From: Squalus acanthias
Taxonomy: Eukaryota
Reading direction: 5' to 3'
Length of the DNA stretch: 64,000 nt
NCBI GenBank assembly: GCA_030390025.1
Contig: JASTWF010000354.1
Span: forward strand, 248,001 to 312,000
Shown: piece after piece, positions 33,805 through 45,351 of the stretch
Position numbering within the stretch: position 1 is the stretch's first letter
How the letters are laid out: each line of letters starts with the position of its first letter
Program-made: the position numbers and the translations under genes
Notes under the pieces: model-generated
Told to the model about the DNA's origin: nothing
The model's input: only the letters and a program-made list of their open reading frames with translations
Database searches by the model: none

Positions 33805-34880
33805 ACAACCCTCCGCGATCTCAGTGCTCCTGCAACTCTGGCCTCTTGTCCATCCCCCAATTCCTTCACTCCCCATTGGTGGCCGTGCCTTCAGCTGCCT
33901 GGGCCCCAAGCTCTGGAATTCCCTCCCTAAACCTCTCCGCCTCTCTCTCCTCCTTTAAGACTCTCCTTAAAACCGACCTCTTTGCCCCAACCTTTGGTCA
34001 CCTGTCCTAATGGCCCAGAAATTGGAGTTCGATGGTTGCCGCGGGGGTAAGGATCCCCCGCGATATTGCACTCCGTGCCTACCTTTATGGTTTTGGCCCA
34101 CACGAACTTCAGTTCCTGGGCCTCTCCCTGGTGCCGGCGCGCAGTGTGTGCGTGTCCCAGAGGCGCAGTTAGTTCGATGCTACCTCTGGGATCACGTGGG
34201 CCAGTTAGAGCCAATGGCAGCACACCATCTTTCATTCATAGTTTTGACAGCAAGGGCGGTCAAAACTATGAATACAACAAGCCCCCAAAAGAACAGCTAA
34301 ACCTCAATTAAATTTAAAAAAAAGCCATCACATTAATAAAATAACTATAGTTAAATAAATTAACCACTTTAAACAAAAATTTAAATTTTTGAAAAAATTA
34401 AAATTCTTTTTAAAAGTTATAAAAATAAACTTACCTTTCTTTAAAGTCTCTAAAAAAGATAACCCTGTTGAAAAAAATTTAAAATAATACTTAATTAACT
34501 ACTTACCTTGTTAAAAGGTGGTCTTACGCCTGCTTTCTTTATGTGTAAAATCTTCAACACTTACCTGCGCGTTCAAACCTGAAAAAAAACTAAGTGTGCT
34601 GCGTGCGCACAACCTGTAGTGCGCACACGGTTCACTTAGGAACCGCCCCCTTCGCAATACCCGAAGTGCCGGTTTCCCGCGCATGCGCAGTGCATGCAGG
34701 AAACCGGCAATTCGGGACCTAATACACGAGAGTACACAGTGCGTAATCTCCCGTATTAGGTCTAATTTTCGGGCCAATATCTTCTTATGTGGCTTGGTGT
34801 CAGTTTGTCTGATTTACGCTCCTGTGAAGCACCTTGGGAGGTTTTGCTAGTTAAAGGCGCTATATAAATGCAGCTTGCTA
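33805..34880 (+). mobile_element. L2 3' end split by the MITE at 34012-34775
   Basis: GGCCGTGCCTTCAGCTGCCTGGGCCCCAAGCTCTGGAATTCCCTCCC...CACCTGTCCTAAT | ATCTTCTTATGTGGCTTGGTGTC...GGCGCTATATAAATGC. Confidence 0.85.
34012..34775. mobile_element. non-autonomous DNA transposon (MITE), possibly PIF/Harbinger type
   Basis: imperfect terminal inverted repeats GGCCCAGAAATT / AATTTTCGGGCC, 3-bp TSD AAT, clean interruption of L2, GC-rich palindromic ends and AT-rich core. Confidence 0.75.
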
Positions 34881-35835
34881 TGTTTGAACACGTGCTGGAG
34901 GGAGTTTCAGAGAATCGGTCTCATTCTTCCTTGAAGTGAAAGTAGTTTAATTTCTGTCGCTTGTTGACTTGATGCGGGACTGTAATGAGCTGACTGGATA
35001 TTCCCAGAGTCAGCAAGGTTATATTGGGAAATGGCTGGGCCACGCAGCTCATGGAGCAATAACTGGGTGTTGTGGGCCATTAAGATCATTCTCAGCTGTG
35101 AACAGAGCAGTAACCAGCCCCCGAGGGATGATCAAAGCTGCCCACAGGATAGTTGACCCATCAATCGGGCGCTGGCTGTGATTCAGGGCACTGACTCCCT
35201 CTCACTCTCTAACCTCACTCAGAGAAACTCCTCGCCTTCCTCCGCTCTCTCATCAATGCTGCGGCCCGGAGATGCTGTCCTGTTTTTAGCCTGTCGATAT
35301 CAGTAGAATTGTTTTTGCCTTTTAATGAGGGTGGAATCTCACTGCTCCCTCTTGGTTCCAGAATGTTGTGTGTGTGTTGAGCGAGATCCCATTCCTCCCT
35401 CGCCATCACTTCTGCTCCAAACAGGAGAGAAATACCAATCCGGTTAAAGGCTGAGATTCCCATCTCTCAGGGACAGAACGAGCAGCAGAGATCATGGTCC
35501 CGGTACAGTCAGTTTCTGCTCCAGGCCATGTTCCGTTTGTTAGTCAGTGAGAACTCCTTCCCCAACAGTGAGCCGCTTGATATCAATTAGCGAGGCTGAT
35601 TGACAGATTACTGGCCCAATTGTCTCATTAGTATCCCGGCCCGCCCTGGGCTCAATCACATCGATTGATCCCCAGAAATATCAGGCAGAAGGAGAATGCC
35701 AGAAGGAGGCAGGAATAAGGGTTCAATTTCTGTGGAGTTGAATGTTCTCTCGATGTTCCCTTCACTCACTGAGCTGTGATTGAGGATCTCAGGTATCAAG
35801 TGTTGCCCGAAATCCCCTGGATTGTGGGACCCGGG

Positions 35836-36950
35836 TTAGAATCATGGAATGGTTACAGCTCGGAAGGAGGCCATTCAGCCCGTCGAGTCCGTGCCGACTC
35901 TCAGCAAGAGCACTTCAGCTAATCCCACTCCCCGCCCTTTCCCGCGGCCCTGCAATTATTTTTCCTTCAGATAATTACCCAACTCCCTTTTGAAAGCCGT
36001 GATTGAATCAGCCTCCACCACCCTTTCAGGCAGTGCATTCCAGATCCTAACCACTCGCTGAGTAATAAAATGTTTTCTTACGTCGCCTTTGGTTCTTTTG
36101 CCAATCACCTTAAATCTGTGTCCTCTGGTTCTCGACCCTTCCGCCAATGGAACAGTTTCTCTCTACCTTCCCTGTCCAAACCCCTCATGATTTTGAACAC
36201 CTCTATCAAATCTCCTCTCAATCTTTTCTGCTCTGAGGAGAATAACCCCAGCTTCTCCAGTCCATCAATGTAACTGAAGTCCCTCATTCCTGGAATCATT
36301 CTCATTAATATTTTCTGCACCTTATCGAAGGCCTTCACATCCTTCCTAAAGTGTGGTGCCCAGAATTGGACACAATACTCCAGTTGGGGCCGAACCAGTG
36401 TTTTATAAAGGTTCATCATAACTTCCACACTTTTGTTCTCTAAACCTCTATTTATGAAGCCCAGGATCCCGTAAGCCTTTTAACTGCTTTCTCAACCTGC
36501 CCTGCCAACTTCAATGATTTATGCACACATACCCCCAGGTCTCTCTGTTCGTGCACCCATTCAGGATTGGACCATTTAGTTTATATTTCCTCTCCTCATT
36601 CTTTCTACCAAAATGTACCAATTCATACTTGTCTGCATTAAATGTTATCTGCCAGGTGTACGCCCATTTCACCAGCCTGTCTATGTCTTCCTGAAGTCTA
36701 TCACTATCCTCGTCACTGTTCATTATAATTCCAAGTTTTGTGTCATCTGCAAATTTTGAAATTGCGCCCTGTACACCCACGTCCAAGTCATTAATATATA
36801 TCAAAAAAAGCAGTGGTCCTGGAACCGACCTCTGGGGAACACGACTGTATACCTTCCTCCAGTCCGAAAAACAACCGTTCACCACCACTCTCTGTTTCCT
36901 GTCACTTAGCCAATTTCGTATCCATGCTGCCACTGTCCCTTTTATTCCAT
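35836..36950 (-). mobile_element. CR1 LINE 3' part
   Basis: [42 protein letters not shown]1 tail. Confidence 0.92.
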
Positions 36951-37600
36951 GACCTCATCCTTCTTTCTACCTATGTCATTGGTACCGATAAGGACAACAA
37001 CCTCTGGCTGTTCTCCCTCCCCCCTCAGAATGTTCTGCAGCCGCTCAGTGACATCCTTGACCCTGGCACCAGGAAGGCAACATACGAGCCTGGAGTCACA
37101 TCTACGGCCGCAGAAACGCCTGTCTGCTCCCCTAACTATCGAATCCCATACCACTATTGCTCTTCCACTCTTCTTCCTCCTCACCCTGTACAGCTGAGCC
37201 ACCCGTGGTGCTGCGGACTTGACTCTGGCTGTACTCCCCAGAGGAACCATCGCCCTCACCAGTACTCAGAACAGAATACTGGTTGGAGAGCGAGATGCAC
37301 TCCGGGGACTCCTGCACTACCTGCCTGGTCCTCCTCTTCTGTCTGGCCATCACCCATTCCCTCTCTGCCTGCACACTGCTTAGCTGCGGGGTGACCACCT
37401 CTAGAAACCTGCTGTCCACGAAGCTCTCAGACTCACGGATGCACCGCAGTGACTCCAGCTGCTGCTCAAGCTCCGAAACCCGGAGCTCGAGCTCCTCCAG
37501 CCGATGACACCACCTGCACACGTGGAAGTGTCCTGGATTTCCCACATGGCACAGGATGTGTATTCCGCTGGACTGAGCTGCCCTGCCATGTCTCTATTTA
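36951..37600 (-). pseudogene. CR1 ORF1 fragment (zinc finger, coiled coil, SGNH esterase), frameshifted
   Basis: SCAMWE..HVCRWC..LEELELRVSELE; IVVWDSIVRG..VCCLPGARVKDV..IGTNDIG. Confidence 0.85.
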
Positions 37601-38117
37601 ATAGGCTATTAACTAACTTACAGAAACTGAAGACTAAGATGTATCTAATTCAAATTATTAAATTACGATGGTTACCACAATTAGACATGAATTAGTGCGG
37701 TGAACAGATCACTATTAGTCAAATGTGGCCCAGAAGCAGAACTGAGCATCGAAGCGAGAGAGCGGAGCCCAGGGATTATGGGCTGTTTGGGAGCTCAGGG
37801 TTAATTAGCTGCCAGAGGCAGAAATCTTTCTGAAAGAAGGCACTGAAAGAAAATGTTCAGATGTTCAGTGTTGTTGCGTTTAACCAGAAGCTTTAAAGAG
37901 ATTATTGAGGGTCAGCTGGTCTCAGATGAAACAATATAATAACATTGAACTGTCTGTGAGCTGTGATATATCATCTGGTGAACACGGGCCGCTTTCAGTT
38001 CAATGGAGGGACGGATCCAGCGGGAGCAGTAGATCGCATCCTGACCAGAAACGGGTGTGAAGGGATTTAACCCCCATCTCCCTGCAGCCGGCTCCTCACT
38101 GCTGCTGTCCTGTACCT

Positions 38118-38855
38118 TAGTCGCCCTGCAACAACTCGCCAAGGCTTCTTCCCCAGCACCTCCCAAACCCACTCCCTCCTCCCCCGGCGCACCGTGTCTG
38201 CAGTGTGGACCATCCACAGGATGTCCTGCAGCAACTCGCCAAGGCCTCTTCCCCAGCACCTCCCAAACCCAATCCCTCCTCCCCCGGCGCACCGTTACTG
38301 CAGTGTGGACCATCCACAGTATGTCCTGCAGCAACTCGCCAAGGCTTCTTCCCCAGCACCTCCCAAACCCACTCCCTCCACCCCCGGAGCACCGTGTCTG
38401 CAGTGTGGACCATCCACAGGATGTCCTGCAGCATCTCGCCAAGGCTTCTTCCCCAGCACCTCCCAAACCCACTCCCTCCACCCCCGGCGCACCGTGTCTG
38501 CAGTGTGGACCATCCACAGGATGTCCTGCAGCAACTCGCCAAGACCTCTTCCCCAGCACCTCCCAAACCTGCCAACTCCACCACCTAGAAAGACAAGGAC
38601 AGCAGGCGCATGGGAACACCACAACCTCCAAGTTCCCCTCCAAGTCACACAACATCCTTACTTGGAAATTTATCGCCATTCCTTCATCGTCGCTGGGTCA
38701 AAATCCTGGAATTCCGTCCCTAACAGCACTGTGGGAGCACCTTCACCACACGGACTGCAGCGGTTCAAGAAGGCGGCTCACCACCACCTTCTCAAGGGCA
38801 ATTAGGAATGGGCAATAAATGCCGGCCTTGCCAGCGACGCCCACATCCCGAGAAT
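38118..38855 (+). mobile_element. LINE 3' end (family of 12555-13068) with an internal 100-bp tandem amplification
   Basis: CAGTGTGGAC at 38201, 38301, 38401, 38501; SKSWNSVP..FKKAAHHHLLKG; same tail. Confidence 0.9.
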
Positions 38856-40344
38856 GGCACAAGAACCTCGAGTGTGAGACTCGAGTGAGGACCTGTCCTG
38901 GGCGCAGAACACAACGTACGTACGATGGACTTACTGTTATCGCTCGTACAGCGTACGGTGCAGACTGACCTTTGCCCTCTGCTGGGAAATGCTGCTTTCT
39001 GCTTGTTGGGGCGATATTGAGATTATCGGCGCCACATTTGTTTTGTAAAAAGTCCCCTCAATGACCCACAAATTAAACAAGGAGAGTTTCCGGTTTAGTG
39101 GGATCAATGGAAGCTGTTAAACTGGAAACTAACACAAAACACAGAATGGACAAGCGCCCAGAGTGCATTGGGTTGAATAGCCTTCCTGTCAGAGCCCATT
39201 CCCGGGATTCCTGGGTCAATATTGGCATCTCTGGGACTTTGGGTCAATATTGGCGTCTCTGGAACTTTGGGTCAATATTGGCGTCTCTGGGACTTTGAGC
39301 CAATCATTATTTGAAGGGTGGAAGATGTGATTCAGAGGCAGAGTGTGAGATTGTTCCATCGCACTGTCTCCAGCTGTCCTGTACAGTGAGAGTGACAGGA
39401 TTAAACCCGGGGCCCTGGGCTCTGGAATTCTGGAGATCCTGGGGGCTGATATGCTTTTACTCACATATTACTCCAGTATTTCCACACTGCCTGCACTGGG
39501 AGCCTTTCCCCCGTGTCCTGTCTTAGATCGGCTTTTACTCGCATATTTGCCTCCAGGATCTCAGTAAGAGTCTCATTGAACCTAAACTGCTCCTCCGAGG
39601 AATCTCTCCCTGATTCTGTGCTTTATAACTTCATCTTCAGACTGTCTCTCCCGAGACTCTTTAAAGACGGAGATTCAGTCCTGGATTGGCTCCCCTCAGC
39701 CCTCCTCCCCGAGCTTTAAAGCTTCACTTCTCATTCCCAGAGGGGAGAGTCACCGGCTCAAAGAGTGTTGGTGCCAGAATCCATCAAACATTCCTGGGAT
39801 AATCCCATTTCTAATTGATTCTACCGCCCACTCCTTCCAAAAAATCTCAGCCCCAGAATCCCAAAGGCAGAGTCTGTGCCCACTGCCCCTCCCTGTGTAA
39901 CCCTGACCCTGAACAGGAGCCAGATTCTGAGAGGGCAGAACCAGCCTGAGAGACTCCAACCAGTCCCATTATTAATGACCAGCTTTACTTCAAATAAGAT
40001 TGCTTTATTTCCTAATGATCCTTTTATTTGTTGTGCTTCACACATTTGTTCATTTCAGAAACAAGGCGGGATTTATAGGTTTCATTTTAATTGCGCAGAA
40101 TGTGATAATTTGCTGGAACAGACTCGCAGCCCAGGGACCGTCTGTCTCGGGATCTCCACTGTGAACAGGAGAAGAGTTAAAGATCTCGCTCAGAAATTGG
40201 CAGAGTGCCGGCAATTATTCACAAGCTTTGTGAAGGATAATTTCTGTGGAATATCCATTGGGATTCTTCAGATTGTTATTCTGTGTGAATGGTGAATATC
40301 CCGGCACCAGTTCCCTTGTTAGAGAACAGAATTTACACTGAGAC

Positions 40345-40992
40345 AAGACATTTACATCTTTACATATTGGGAAGAGTGAAGCCATTGACTTCAGTCCCCG
40401 CCACAAACTCCGTTCCCTGGTCACCAACTCCATCCCTCTCTCTGGCCACTGTCAGAGGCTGAACCAGACCGTTCGCTACCTTGGAATCCTATTTAACCAT
40501 GAGCTGAGCTTCCGACCCCACATCCTCTCCATCACCAAGACCGCCTACTGCCGACTCCCTAACATCGCCTGTCTCCGCCCCGCCTCAGCTCATCAGCTGC
40601 TGAAACCCTCATCACTGCCTTTGTTATCTCCAGACTCGACTATTCCAATACTCTCCAGGCCGGCCTCCCACCTTCCAACCTGTGTAAACTAGAGCTAATC
40701 CAAAACTCTGCTGCCCATGTCCTAACTCACACCAAGTCCCAGTCACCCCTCACCCCTGTGCTCACTGACCTACATTGGCTCCCAATCCACCAATGATTAA
40801 ATTACAAATTCTCATCTTTGTTCAAATCCATCCATGGACAACCCCACCTCCCTATCTCTGTAACCTCCTCCAGCCCTACAGCCCTCCGAGATCTCTGGGC
40901 TCCACCAATTCTAGCCTCTTGTCCATCCACGATTTTAATCGCTCCACCATTGGCGGCCGTGCCTTCAGCTGCCTAGGCCCTAAGCTCTGGAA
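40345..40992 (+). mobile_element. L2 LINE ORF2 3' fragment
   Basis: AETLITAFVISRLDYSN..LIQNSAAHVLT..LTDLHWLP; contains the single-copy progenitor of the 36-bp unit (~40845-40885). Confidence 0.88.
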
Positions 40993-41749
40993 TGGTGCAA
41001 GGTGGGAGTCCGGCCCGGAGAGCGTTGGAATAGTCGAGTCTAACAGTCGAAGCCGTGCCCTCCCTGTACAGATAACGGGCTCAGCACAATGAGGCTCGGC
41101 CTCCCATCTTCCACCCTCCATAAACTTCACCAAGTCCCGTTCACCCATCACCCCTGTACTCACTGACCTACACAGGGTCACCCTGGCCTCAGACTGTAAC
41201 TCAGACCAGCTTTTATTAATCTCACCTGTCAGAGGAATCCAATAATACAGAAATCAGAATCGAAACTTCACTCTTTGAATTACTTTCAGCTGAAATACAA
41301 TGTGATTAAAATATATTTGATTCAAGTTGTCAGACAGAAGGAAAGGCCACTGGCAGTGTAAGGCCAGCGAATCTCTTCTGGTATTCCATACCTTGGAGCC
41401 CTGTCTGCAGAGCCAGCTCACTTCCTCAGTAACAGTCCTCACAGTTCGATGGCTCCATTAACCAGGGAAGGGTCCACAGGCACAAACAATAAGCACAGTT
41501 CAGGGAGCCGATGATATGAAGCTTATAGAGCAGAGTGGGCGAGAAGGGAGACAGCAGACACACTGTCTCCCTCAGTCCCTGCACATCAACTCATTCCCAC
41601 AGCTTCTCTCACTCAGGCCCACAGCTCAGTTCCATCTGAGAGAAAAGAAATATTCAGAGTTACAAAACTTTCCCCCAGACCTTGTCTGACTGACAGCTTC
41701 TGTCTTCGAGGCAGGAAACATACCTTGGCCCACAGAAGCTCAGAAACCC

Positions 41750-43730
41750 TGCACGCCCGACCCCTCCCTCTCTCTGTAACCCCCTCCCGCCCTTCACCCC
41801 CCCTCTCTCTCTAACCCCCTCCCGCACTACACACCTCCCCATCTCTGTAACCTCCTCCCGCCCTACACCCTTCCCTATCTCTGTAACCCCCTCCCGCCCG
41901 ACACCCCTCCCTATCTCTGTAACCCCCTCCCGCACTACACCCCTCCCTCTCTCTGTAACCCCCTCCCACCCTTCACCCCTCCCTATTTCTGTAACCCACT
42001 CCTGCACTACACCCCTCCCTCTTGTAGGGGGTGGTAATGGGGTCAGCCTTCACCTCTGACTCAGTGAGCGGTTCGAATCGCTCCCACGCCCCTGGTTCCT
42101 AGACTTTGGACTTATTTAGGGGTTGTGAACAAAATTGCAGTAGACAACAGTGTCTGATGAAAGAATTTTGACTTTATTAAAAGAAAAAGGTAACAAACTT
42201 AAAACACACTTAATACTTAAACACAGGTTGGGGAGCACACGGTACAGGCGAGGGAGAAGGACAATATACCAAACAAAAAAACCTTATCGCTCCCAAAGAT
42301 CCCACTATCTAGCTAGGTTTTGGTTTCAGGAGATCAGGGATAATGCTCACCAAACGAATCCTTGACAGATTTTAGAGTCTTTTGAGTAAAAGGTTTCGTA
42401 AGGCCCTTGTTGCCGCGAGGTGTCCGATGGTCACTGAGGCAGTCGCTCTGGTTTCTTCTTGTGTGTTTGTCTGTTTGTGAAGTTGTTGGCCTTCCTTCCT
42501 CCTCCTCCTCGTGGCTTGTGGTGTCTTTGCTGGAGCAGAGCTGAGAGAGAGAGAGAGCTGTGCCAGCGTTGTCAGCGAGTCCAGAGAGAGTGAGCCCTGG
42601 GACATTAGGCTCCAATTATACTGTCCTTTTCGCGCCCAAATCCCCTTACTAAAACGGTTTCCTTTCGATTTCAAATGAGCCCTGTTTAGTCCATTGTCTT
42701 AATTTTGGCGGGCTTGTCAGTTCCGATGGCTTTAACTTGGTGTTAAACATGTCCTGATAGCTTCCGATTTAGGCAAGGCCTTTATCTACGCGCCAAATCT
42801 TGTCCCTATTGTCCTAGGTCTTTTGGCGGGCTTTAAATCTGTCCTGTGGATACCTGGTTGATTGGTTTTTGATGAAGTAAATCGGGTTACTAAATGTATT
42901 ATTGATTTCCAGCTTCTGGTATCCTGTGTGGGCCTGGAAATTTCAAAAGCGGTCTTGGATTATTCATATTTCGATGTGTGTGTGAGGCTTTTGGGTTTTG
43001 TCTCTTCCTCCTTGGTAGGAAGGCAGTGTAAACACATTCCCAGACAGCTTAATTGGGCCCCAATACCCAAAGCTATCCACTGCCTTGCCACGCCCCTCTG
43101 CAGCCTGTCGGTGTCTGTGAAAGGTATCTTTCCCAAAAGTAAGATTCAAAAAGTCATTTTCCTCAGGGTTTTCTTCCCTGATCTTTAAAAATGTCCAAAA
43201 CTGAGGGCTTTACCTCAAATCACTTCACTTAGGGTTCTGTTCGAGTTTCTGGGGGATTTTGTGAAGCCTACACTCTCTCTGTAACCCCCTCCCGCCCTAC
43301 ACCCCTCCCTATCTCTGTAACCCCCTCCCACCCTACACCCCTCCCTCTCTCTGTAACCCCCTCCCACCCTACACCCCTCCCTATCTCTGTAACCTTCTCC
43401 AGCCCTACACCCCTCCCTCACTCTGTAACCTCCTCCAGCCCTACACCCCTCCCTATCTCTGTAACCTCTTCCAGCCCTACACCTCTCCCTCTCTCTGTAA
43501 CCTTCTCCAGACCTAAACCCCTCCCTCTCTCTGTAACCTCCTCCAGCCCTAGAACCCTCCCTATCTCTGTCAACCCCTCCAGTCCTACACCTCTCCCTCT
43601 CTCTGTAACCCCCTCCAGCCCTACACCCCTCGCTATCTCTGTAACCTCCTCCAGGCCTACACCCCTCCCTATCTCTGTAACCCTCTCCGCCCTACACCCC
43701 TCCCTATCTCTGTAACCCCCTCATGCCCAA
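41750..43730. repeat. 36-bp L2-derived minisatellite interrupted by a solo LTR
   Basis: units at 41750-42022 and 43273-43730. Confidence 0.9.
42023..43272 (-). mobile_element. solo LTR related to the 20818-27454 element
   Basis: TGTA...TACA termini, 4-bp TSD CTCT (42019-42022, 43273-43276), both ends homologous to 25685-27454. Confidence 0.93.
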
Positions 43731-44047
43731 CAAACTTCCGAGCTCTTTGCACTTCTCCAATTCTGGCCTCTTGTCCATCCACGTTTTTCATCACTCCACC
43801 TTTGGCGGCCGTGCCTTCAGCTGCCTGGGCCCTAAGCTCTGGAATTCCCTCCCTAAACCTCTCCGCCTCTCTCTCCTCCTTTAAGACTCTCCTTAAAACC
43901 TCCCTCTTTGAACAAGCTTTTTGTCACCTTTCCTAAATCACCTTATGGGGCTCGGTGTCAAATTTTGTTTGATTTACGCCCCTGTGAAGTGACTTGGGAC
44001 GTGTTACTAGGTTAAAGGTGCTATATAAATGCAAGTTGTTGTTGTAG
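43731..44047 (+). mobile_element. L2 LINE 3' end
   Basis: GGCGGCCGTGCCTTCAGC...GGTGCTATATAAATGCAAGTTGTTGTTG. Confidence 0.88.
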
Positions 44048-44652
44048 TAAGCTGACCACTACACGAACCGTACCCTCTGATACATCCCATGATACTGTTA
44101 CCATAGTTATGAATGAAGAATTATTGGGAGAGAGCGCAGTGTTAACTGACGATGGCCTGAATTGAGCCAAACTCTCCAGGAAGCAGCGAGTGCCTCCTGG
44201 CCCCGTGGATTGAGGCAGTGTGTTGAGGGCAGGGTCTCTGTGACTCTTCCTGTGATTATATTGATACTCAGATCTCCTGGTATTACTGGGAGCGCTAACA
44301 GTATCAATAACCTGACCCATAGCCCTGACAGATTGTGTGAACACATTATCAATACTGAGAACATCTGTACATTTAACAGGCAGTAAAATTACACAGAATT
44401 ACTGGAATAAGACAAGGTTAATCTCGCTCAATGCTCTCACTGAGTCTAGTCCCATCACTCGCAGTAATGGCCTTGCACAGATCGAGAATTTCCAGCACTA
44501 ACGTTAAGTTATGGAGTGTGTTGGCCTCGATTTATTACAATCATTAACCATCGGATAATCCTCACTATTTTCCAGAATTCCATGATAAATGTTTCATTTA
44601 CATTATTCCAAGTATCGGACAATTATTCCCAACGACAGCATATTTCACACAA

Positions 44653-45062
44653 TGTGCTGCATAATGAGTGACATAAACCGTGCAATGCTCGTTCACTGCG
44701 CTGTATAATGAGCGACATAAACCGTGCAATGATCGTTCACTGTGCTGTATAATGAGTGACATAAACCGTGCAATGATCGTTCACTGTGCTGTATAATGAG
44801 CGACATAAACTGTGCAATGATCGTTCACTGTGCTGTATAATGAGTGACATAAACCGTGCAATGCTCGTTCACACACTGTGCTGTATAATGAGTGACATAA
44901 ACCGCGCAATGCTCGTTCACACACTGTGCTGTATAATGAGTGACATAAACCCTGCAATGCTCGTTCACTGTGCTGTATAATGAGTGACATAAACCGTGCA
45001 ATGATCGTTCACTGTGCTGTATAATGAGTGACATAAACCGTGCAATGCTCGTTCACACACTG
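44653..45062. repeat. 44/48-bp tandem repeat, ~9 copies
   Basis: unit TGTGCTGTATAATGAGTGACATAAACCGTGCAATGATCGTTCAC. Confidence 0.93.
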
Positions 45063-45351
45063 GGCTGATGGACTGGGACATTTTAAATGTCTTTATGAGA
45101 GGATTTAGATGAATAATGAGGATGTTTATGAGGTTGTAAAGATTTAGCAGAGTTAAGAAGTGCGACCGGAGAGCGATCGAAATGTAAAGTGTGATCACTG
45201 GTTGGATGAACACAAAGACTGACTGAAGATCGCGATGAGACAGAAAGAAAGAAAAACTGACTTTGTTTTTGTAACCCCCATAACAACCTCATGAAATTCA
45301 GAAAGCGCTTTTTGAAGTATCGCAATGTAGGGGAACACCCCTGCTCTTTTT

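Noticed and set aside
33647..33805. GC-rich insert with TATAAA resembling a promoter
   Set aside because: Short piece wedged between minisatellite and L2; likely a transposon fragment, but ends could not be defined and no downstream gene is visible
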